A stretch of 55,755 nt of DNA from a bacterium. GTDB taxonomy: Bacteria; Patescibacteriota; Minisyncoccia; UBA6257; UBA9933. Every line of letters begins with the position of its first letter. The first letter of the stretch is position 1. Below the pieces are notes generated by a model, which did no database searches, was not told where the DNA came from, and worked only from the letters and a program-made list of their open reading frames with translations. The stretch covers positions 1 through 55,755 of the forward strand of contig JAJYHZ010000001.1 in assembly GCA_021796335.1 (NCBI GenBank), written 5' to 3'. Below, piece after piece: positions 46,713 to 54,153 of the stretch. Position numbers and translations under genes: made by a program.

Positions 46713-47959
46713 TGAGGCAAATGGATGAGCCGTGCCCATTAGTTGGAGTTCATAACCGACTTAGCGAAGTACATAAATTCTGGCACGATATGCTCTCCGA
46801 CTATCAAAAGCCGGAGTCTTTTCGTATAGATTTGAATGCAGCTATACAAGCCTCTCGAAATACCACATTCCTTCTTCAAAGCAATAAATCATCCATCCCG
46901 AATTTTGATGAATGGTATGGAAATTATCAAAAATCAATGAAGGCAGACGAAATTTTGGAATGGCTACACCAAGCTAGGAATGTGATTGTTAAACAAAAGG
47001 ATTTGGAATTGCATAGCATAGCATCTGCGCGTGTTCGAGCATGGGGCGATGTAAGCCGCTTAGAATTCCAAATCTCGCCATTTATAACGACGGAACAAAT
47101 AGCCAAAGACCTCGTGCGATTACACGCGGTACAAGCTCCGAAGCAGATTGCCGAACATGCCATATTGAATGTTGAAAGGCGATGGGTGGTAAATGATTTA
47201 CCCAATCACGAACTCTTGGATGTGATAGCTCGCGGATATAAGTTCCTTGAAAAGATGCTTTGGGATGCTCACAAACAAGCTCATCTTGATATAAAAACAT
47301 GCGAAGCAAAATATGTCCCCACGCACGAAGGCACATTATTTATTCCCTGCATGTCCATCACTAGGGATGACCGAAGTGCAAATATAAAACTTAGTAATGA
47401 AGAATTGCTCCCAAAAGTCGAGATGATAGATGTCAAAAAATCGGAGCCTGAGAAGTATCAAGAGAGTCTAGAGCGATACTCGGAGATTAAACCTCCACTA
47501 CCCAATCACGTCGGCGACATTTTTGAGTTTGTGAAAATTATAAATGAGAGAGCGCGGCAAATGTTAATTCTTGATGGTCACCACTCCACCATTTTTATTT
47601 TGTGTTACCCAGATGGATGGTATAACCCTTTAGAGGTGCGCCTAGATGACCAATCTTCAAAGTATGTTTTGATTAGGAGTGTGGCTGACCAAGTTAAACG
47701 AACCGGAGCGAATGGAGTTGTAGCCATATCAGAAGTTTGGGTCATCCGTGAAGACGAGCGCATCGGAAATAAACTGCCAGCCGAACATCCGAACAAGTCA
47801 GAGGCACTCCAAGTCAGTGCAATAAGTAAAGATGGAATTGCCATCTATTCTACTTTCTTTGAAAAAAATGAGCGAGGGGAAATAGTGTTGAGCGATACTC
47901 ACGAAATGAAACCAAATAGTTTTGACTTGATGAAGCCGATAATTGATGCATTGAGTTAA
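46712..47959 (+). CDS. hypothetical protein with HEPN-like helical N-terminal domain
   Basis: LNAAIQASRNTTFLLQ...FDEWY...WLHQARNVIVK; TAATG overlap with the HNH gene; codon style differs from core genes. Confidence 0.7.
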   Translation: MRQMDEPCPLVGVHNRLSEVHKFWHDMLSDYQKPESFRIDLNAAIQASRNTTFLLQSNKSSIPNFDEWYGNYQKSMKADEILEWLHQARNVIVKQKDLELHSIASARVRAWGDVSRLEFQISPFITTEQIAKDLVRLHAVQAPKQIAEHAILNVERRWVVNDLPNHELLDVIARGYKFLEKMLWDAHKQAHLDIKTCEAKYVPTHEGTLFIPCMSITRDDRSANIKLSNEELLPKVEMIDVKKSEPEKYQESLERYSEIKPPLPNHVGDIFEFVKIINERARQMLILDGHHSTIFILCYPDGWYNPLEVRLDDQSSKYVLIRSVADQVKRTGANGVVAISEVWVIREDERIGNKLPAEHPNKSEALQVSAISKDGIAIYSTFFEKNERGEIVLSDTHEMKPNSFDLMKPIIDALS

Positions 47960-48167
47960 GGGATTTTGAATGCCAGGGGTGCCAAAAGGAGGGGTTAGGG
48001 GAGGAATTTTGGACACGCCATGATGCGAAGCCCCGAAAGCCACGAGCACCCTCTGACCAATCCAAAGAGCGAGTGGCTTGAGGGGCTGAGCAAACAGCCA
48101 AAAGAGCATATAGTCGTGTTCAGGTTCGGAGAAAAAAGTGAGGTCTAATGGGTCAAAAAACGCATGA

Positions 48168-48225
48168 GGGTAGTCGTTGCGAAACGACTACCCCAACGAC
48201 TACCCCCATGACCTAATTTGGGTCA
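48168..48225. repeat. nested inverted/direct repeat cluster at the islet end
   Basis: GGGTAGTCGTT-GCGA-AACGACTACCC (48168-48193), AACGACTACCCC repeated (48183-48194, 48195-48206), TGACC-TAATTTG-GGTCA. Confidence 0.75.
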
Positions 48226-48231
48226 GGAATT

Positions 48232-48260
48232 TTGCTTGAAATGCGTCCGAACGTTATGAT
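48232..48260 (+). promoter_or_regulatory. sigma70-like promoter
   Basis: TTGCTT-17 bp-TATGAT. Confidence 0.45.
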
Positions 48261-48473
48261 ACAAACACCACCATAAAACTAAAGAATAAAACGGACGTGA
48301 TAACAGCCGCTTCATTCTGATAAACTGGCAAATTCCGCAGAACCAAATATTATTGCATTAAAGTTATCCCCATTTTTTTCTTTTATAAATTGTTGATTTT
48401 TATTAAAATTAAATTTAAATAGGAGCTTATATATTCGCCCTGAAAAATTAAATTCATCAATATGCGTAACAGT

Positions 48474-50699
48474 ATGAAAAAATTAAGCAATTTATCCCTA
48501 GTCGTTATTTTAATTATAATTGGAAATTTTTTTATAAGCGCGCAAACAAAGGCGGCCACAATCATTCCGCTTACAAGCTGCGGAATATTAAATCAGACTG
48601 GCGCCACTTATCAGCTTCAAAATAATGTTGATGCGACAGGTACCTGTTTTTCTATACAAGCGGATAATATTACTCTTGATTTAAATAACCATACGGTAAC
48701 TTACGGCGATCAAGCTCCAATAACGATACCGAACGGCAGTTTTGAAAACGGAACCGCGAACTGGGATTTTTCCAAAGCTCCCAACGCTTCCGTTCGGGCG
48801 GGAACTTTCATTCCTCCGACCGTCTGGGATGGAAATTATTCAGCCGCTTTCAAACTTCCGATTACCGCAACAAATACTATTGTCAGTGCTCCTGTTACGC
48901 TTTTGGCTGGAGTAACTTATGTGCCTTCGGCCATGTTTTACAATCAAGCCGATGGGAATTTGTCCCAGACGATTGAAATCGACGATGCTTCCACTGGCCA
49001 AGTCCTTTCGACATTTTCCAAACCGGGATTTATGAGTTGGCGAGGTTTTCAGCTTATGTATCCCAATTCTTATAAACCAACCGTAACCGAGAGCGTTGTT
49101 ATGAAATTGTCAGTAGGAAACGGCAGTCCGACAGCCACGGGTTACGCTTACTGGGATGACGCGAGAATTTTACTCGGTCCCACAAATGGAATCGCCGCGC
49201 GCGCGTGTTTTAATTCAAGTGAAATAACTTGGAGCGGCAGGATTACGTACGATCAGCCTTGCGGCGGGTCGGCAAATAACTTCATTCTTAAAAACGGGAC
49301 AATAACTCAGGGCGCCGGCTATGGCATCGCAAGCCATGCCATCGGAATATACCAGGTCAATTACGCCGACAACTGGCAAGTCTTCAACAACACGCTTACG
49401 GTTTCTGGCCCGAAATCGCAGGACTTCTGGGCTTATGAATCCGATCCGAACCTTATCATTCACGACAATAAACTCATCAGCAACGTTACGACCATTGAGC
49501 GCCGCGACGGTTTTGAAGGCGATCTTATTTATAATGCGGTCTATTCCAATCAACAAGGGGCGACTATTTATAACAATACTTTGATCGGCGGCCCGCAAGG
49601 CGGCATATTTTCCACCGGAAACGGCGGCGATATTTATAATAACGATATAAGTATGAACGGCAAATACACTAATGACTTCGGCATAGCGGTAGGAACCAAT
49701 AACTCCAATGTTTATGGAAATAATATCCATCCTGCGAGTGGAAGAGGAATAGTGGTTTCCGGCGTCAATGATAAAATTTACAACAACACGATTTCCGTCA
49801 AAGAACTTCCCCAAAATCAGGAATATTTCGGTTGCGAAGGATCCGGCGCTTACGGCATCCAGTTGCGTTCCTCGACAAATACGGAAGTTTACGGCAATAC
49901 GGTAACTTCCTATGCCGATCAGTGCGAGGCGCGCGGAATCGGTTTACGCACAGACCCGCCGCTGACTTTAAATAATATTAATGTTCACAATAACACCTTT
50001 ACCGCGATTCGAGTCGGTTCTAGTTCTCAAAAAATTTCTAATATTGATCCGTACACCGCAACCGGGACAAACGTATTATTAAGCAACAACACTTTTACTT
50101 CCGATGAATATAATTATTTGGATTACTGGAACGGATTTTACGGTTTAACGTTGGATTCCAATACTTTTGTAAAAGGGAACAATCCGGACTCAAATTATGC
50201 GACATTCGCTTTTATAACTGGAGGAGCGTCTGATTTGGGAATGCGCAATATCGATGCCGCTTATCAAAACGGCGCTTCCGGTTCCAGTGTTTACGCAAGC
50301 GATAATTTGGCTAATGGCTATCCATATAGCTTTACAAACGAATGGCGTTTGCACCTTGCTGTAAAAGATCCGAACAATAACCCGATTTCCAATGCTAATG
50401 TTGCGGTCAATGATAGCACCGGCGTCACGGTTGTTTCCACGACTACTGCTTCCGACGGCACCGCGGTTTTTCCTCTTATTCAAAATAGATTTTATAATTC
50501 AACCAGCGCGATAATAAATACGGCTGTTTACACTCCGCATACGATTACCGTTTCTTATCCGGGCTATGCCACATACTCCACAACTCTGACCATGGACAGC
50601 CCAAAGACATTATCAGTGACTCTTAGTGCGGGTAGCGGAGGTTCAGGCTCTCTTGACACCACCCCTCCCGCCGCTCCGACGGGATTGAAAGTGATATGA
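48474..50699 (+). CDS. secreted right-handed beta-helix protein with CBM-like insert, Cna-B/carboxypeptidase-regulatory-like domain and C-terminal DTTPPAAPTGLKVI tail
   Basis: Signal peptide (TKA|A); Asn-ladder repeats (IYNNTL, VYGNNI, IYNNTI); NGSFENG..W; VKDPNNNPISNANV; GSGGSGS linker before the tail. Confidence 0.85.
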   Translation: MKKLSNLSLVVILIIIGNFFISAQTKAATIIPLTSCGILNQTGATYQLQNNVDATGTCFSIQADNITLDLNNHTVTYGDQAPITIPNGSFENGTANWDFSKAPNASVRAGTFIPPTVWDGNYSAAFKLPITATNTIVSAPVTLLAGVTYVPSAMFYNQADGNLSQTIEIDDASTGQVLSTFSKPGFMSWRGFQLMYPNSYKPTVTESVVMKLSVGNGSPTATGYAYWDDARILLGPTNGIAARACFNSSEITWSGRITYDQPCGGSANNFILKNGTITQGAGYGIASHAIGIYQVNYADNWQVFNNTLTVSGPKSQDFWAYESDPNLIIHDNKLISNVTTIERRDGFEGDLIYNAVYSNQQGATIYNNTLIGGPQGGIFSTGNGGDIYNNDISMNGKYTNDFGIAVGTNNSNVYGNNIHPASGRGIVVSGVNDKIYNNTISVKELPQNQEYFGCEGSGAYGIQLRSSTNTEVYGNTVTSYADQCEARGIGLRTDPPLTLNNINVHNNTFTAIRVGSSSQKISNIDPYTATGTNVLLSNNTFTSDEYNYLDYWNGFYGLTLDSNTFVKGNNPDSNYATFAFITGGASDLGMRNIDAAYQNGASGSSVYASDNLANGYPYSFTNEWRLHLAVKDPNNNPISNANVAVNDSTGVTVVSTTTASDGTAVFPLIQNRFYNSTSAIINTAVYTPHTITVSYPGYATYSTTLTMDSPKTLSVTLSAGSGGSGSLDTTPPAAPTGLKVI

Positions 50700-50709
50700 T
50701 AAAAAACAA

Positions 50710-51917
50710 ATGATTCAAAAAGCAAAAACAAAAATTATTTTTCTTGTCCTGGCTATTCTAATTTTGGGATTTTTATCTTTTCCATTTTTGGAACCAATCT
50801 CAAAATCGAAAAAGTTGAAGCTTCGGGAGTCACCATCGATTCCGTTTCAGGGAGTATCTCTGACGGCCAAAACATTACCATTAACGGTTCCGGGTTCGGA
50901 GCGAACGGTCCGACCATTGCTCTTTATGACAATTTCGGCGGCGGTACGGCCGGACAAGCGATTAAAACAGGTTCCGGATCAGCTAATATTGGCCAGTGGA
51001 CAAGCGACACTGGCGGCGGTTGCAATGCGCCAATATATGATAGTACCTATTCTATAAATGCAAACGGACTATCTATGAGAGATGATTTTGCCAACCAACA
51101 AAGTTGTGTGGCAAAAGCGACACTTCCGACTTTCACGGATGCTTTTATTTCATATTGGATTTATATGCCTACCACTTCATGCTGGCCTAGCAACATGAAA
51201 ACATCTTGGGTTTTGTGGTATGGTGCCAGTTCTCCCTACGCAGATAACGATGTGATTCCTGGCATACAGCTTGGCGGCACTCCTAATCCTACATACGATC
51301 CGTCTCATAACTGGTCTGATCAATGCGATCATTGCAAAATACATAACCAATATTTTGCCAACCTATATAAACTTAATGCGTACAAAGGACAATGGTACCG
51401 CATTTCAACATATGTTCACGATGACATAAATTTGGATGGAACCGGAAAAGTTAACACCTGGGTTCTTAGTCCTGGCAGTTTGGCTAATACGCAAACGGTT
51501 AATTATACAGGAGCGATTATGGAAGATAATACTTATTTGCCTAACACTTTTCAGCTCGGCTATGGGAATCCCGATAATAATATACCGGGTTGCAGTGAAG
51601 AAGCGCCTCGTTACGATAACGTCTACCTTGCCACCGGTCCCGACGCCCAAGCCCGCGTCGAAATCGGCAACGCTTCCACCTATGCCTCAAGCACCGACCT
51701 TTCTATAGCTACTATCACTTCTTGGAGCGATAATTCCATCACCGCTACTGTCAGACAAGGCTCCTTTTCCAACAACTCCCGGGACTATCTCTATGTCATC
51801 GACGCCAACGGCAATGTCAACGCCAGTGGTTATCCTATTACCGTGGGGTCAACGTATTCCACTATTCAAACTGACACCACCCCTCCCGCCGCTCCGACGG
51901 GATTGAAAGTGACATAA
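50710..51917 (+). pseudogene. secreted IPT/TIG + lectin-like protein with DTTPPAAPTGLKVT tail, split by a 1-nt frameshift near 50770
   Basis: The signal peptide starts in the frame of 50710. The frame of 51075 is open back to 50703 with no start codon. One extra T in the T5 run at 50770-50774 joins them (GFFIFSIFGTNLKIEKVEA|SGVTI...). Confidence 0.8.
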
Positions 51918-51924
51918 TAAAAAA

Positions 51925-52308
51925 ATGACTAAACAAAAAAATAAAATTGCAATAGGAACGATAATAGTTTTGGCATTTATTTTATTTTTTATTTTTCATA
52001 AATCCCAAAATACGCATATTCCCAAAAATGAATTTTCAAATAATAACGGAACAGGAACGGCTTTTTTAGAATGGAATCACAATAAAGAAAACGATCTGGG
52101 CGGTTATAAAATATATTACGGAACCGCTCCGCGAACAAGCAGCTGTCCTCCGGGCGGATATCAAAATAAAATAGACATAGAAAATAAAACGGAATATAAT
52201 TTTAATAATTTAGAAAAAGGGGGAATATACTATTTTTCCGTTTCCGCTTACAATAAAAGCGGAAAAGAAAGTTGTTTTTCACAAGAGGTCGCGAAAAAAA
52301 TTAATTAA
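51925..52308 (+). CDS. membrane-anchored single fibronectin type III-like domain protein
   Basis: N-terminal TM; AFLEW..N.E.DLGGYKIYYG...NL..G.IYYFSVSAY...ES..S.EV. Confidence 0.88.
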   Translation: MTKQKNKIAIGTIIVLAFILFFIFHKSQNTHIPKNEFSNNNGTGTAFLEWNHNKENDLGGYKIYYGTAPRTSSCPPGGYQNKIDIENKTEYNFNNLEKGGIYYFSVSAYNKSGKESCFSQEVAKKIN

Positions 52309-52442
52309 GATTAAATAAAATAATCCCGCACATAACTTTTTAAAAGTTCATTGCGGGAAAACTAAAATTAATTTAATTTCCTGTTTGAATTACATAAAAA
52401 ATAAGTTTTTTATGTAATTATAACAAAGAAATTATGTGCGGG

Positions 52443-54110
52443 ATGAAAAAAACATTAACTGTAATTTTAACTTTTGTCGGTCTGTTTGTGCTATTACCTT
52501 ATGCATTTGCGTCCGGTTCGGCAACTCTTACTTGGAATTCAAACACAGAATCAGATCTTGCGGGTTATAAAATTTATTATGGGACTGCTTCACGCGGCAG
52601 CATAACAAATCCTCCCTCTGGTTATACCAATGTAATCGATCTCCATAATACTTCCACAAGCTATACCATAAATAATCTTGCCGACGGCACATATTATTTT
52701 GCCGTAACCGCCTACGATACTTCAAACAATGAAAGTGCTTACTCTGCCGAAGTTTCTAAAACCATTAATGCAACCGCCCCCCCCATTCTCTCCAATGGCT
52801 CTCCTTCAGGCTCTCTTTCAGCAGGCACGACCAAGGCAATATTATCGGTAACCACAAATGAAAGCGCCACCTGCAAATATTCCACCACTCCCAATACTGA
52901 TTACAATTCCATAACAAATACTTTCTCCACCACCGGAGGAACAACCCATTCTTCGATAATATCCGGACTGGTTAACGGAAGCTCTTATTCCTACTATGTC
53001 CGCTGTCAGGACAATTCCGGCAATGCGGACACTTCTGACTATCAGATAAGCTTCTCAGTTGCTTCAGCCAATAGCATATCGGGAAAAACATTCTACATAT
53101 CCGATTCCGGAAGCGATTCCAATACGGGATATAACATATCTTATCCCTGGCTCACAATAAACAAATTTATTCTTTATCCGGGCGCAATAACTCCTTCTTC
53201 CGGCACCCCCACCTCTACAAACCGGATAACAATCAATAATCAGGTTCAGATAAATCTCCGGAATGGAGCAGTTATAACAATTCCAGCCAATACCGTAATG
53301 ACAGCCGGTTCAACCATAGATTTCAGCCAACTGATGGCGACTTCCACTGTATCCACCTCCGATATTCCTTCAAATTATTCTTCCCTGGGGGCAATATCCT
53401 TCGGCCACCCATCGTATCCTCTTTCTACAGATAATTCCGTTGTTATTCGGATTCCAGTAAACTTCTCCTATAACGATAAAACTCTTTCCGTATTCGCAAA
53501 AGAACCCGGAAATTCATCTTGGGCTGACACTGGAAAAACCTGTATGGTGCTAAACAGTTCCTGCCAATTCTCCGCAACCCAGTTCTCCCAATTTGCGGCC
53601 GTCATCCAGAATTCAAGCTCCAATACCAATACCAATACTAATACTAATACTAACAATTCCATTGGTGCAGGAACTTATGTCCCTTCAAGCACATCAATTG
53701 CCGCTTCAGGCGCATCAACTTCTCAACCAGCCGCATCGTCAACTGCCTCGACCTCCAATTCTTCAACCGCCGCAACTTCTTCTTCCATTTCCTCTTCTGA
53801 TCAAACAAAGCTTCTGATAATAAATCTTATTAATGAACTCAAATCCCTTCTTTCCCAATATCTGTCCATGACAAACACGACTCTGAAGCTCGGTTCCAGA
53901 GGCGCTGACGTGGGAATGCTTCAGAACTACCTTATCCTTGAAAATACGGGATTTTATTCCGGATTGCTTTCCAAATACGGAGTAACCGGATATTTCGGGG
54001 CTGTTACCAGAAACGCCTTATCAGAATTCCAGAAATCGCATCATATTTATCCGTCTTTTGGAGTATTCGGACCTATTACAAAGTCTTATTTGAGGAATAA
54101 TGCGAGATAA
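52443..54110 (+). CDS. secreted multidomain surface protein: N-terminal FN3-like, Ig-like, stalk, Ser/Thr linker, C-terminal peptidoglycan-binding domain
   Basis: Signal peptide AFA|SGSATLTW; DLAGYKIYYG; YYFAVTAYD; (NT)n repeat; LKLGSRGADVGMLQNYL...GYFGAVTRNALSEFQK. Confidence 0.88.
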   Translation: MKKTLTVILTFVGLFVLLPYAFASGSATLTWNSNTESDLAGYKIYYGTASRGSITNPPSGYTNVIDLHNTSTSYTINNLADGTYYFAVTAYDTSNNESAYSAEVSKTINATAPPILSNGSPSGSLSAGTTKAILSVTTNESATCKYSTTPNTDYNSITNTFSTTGGTTHSSIISGLVNGSSYSYYVRCQDNSGNADTSDYQISFSVASANSISGKTFYISDSGSDSNTGYNISYPWLTINKFILYPGAITPSSGTPTSTNRITINNQVQINLRNGAVITIPANTVMTAGSTIDFSQLMATSTVSTSDIPSNYSSLGAISFGHPSYPLSTDNSVVIRIPVNFSYNDKTLSVFAKEPGNSSWADTGKTCMVLNSSCQFSATQFSQFAAVIQNSSSNTNTNTNTNTNNSIGAGTYVPSSTSIAASGASTSQPAASSTASTSNSSTAATSSSISSSDQTKLLIINLINELKSLLSQYLSMTNTTLKLGSRGADVGMLQNYLILENTGFYSGLLSKYGVTGYFGAVTRNALSEFQKSHHIYPSFGVFGPITKSYLRNNAR

Positions 54111-54153
54111 AATCTTTATATTTATGGAGACTTCTCCTATAATATAAAATGAA

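Noticed and set aside
46207-48460. Intact integrative element or prophage at tRNA-Ala
   Set aside because: No integrase, no structural genes, and no duplicated tRNA 3' end (att site) found by eye.
48474-50699. Stop-codon reassignment (UGA = Gly, code 25)
   Set aside because: TGA terminates well-formed genes (e.g. 50697-50699, 17988-17990) and core genes are full-length under code 11.
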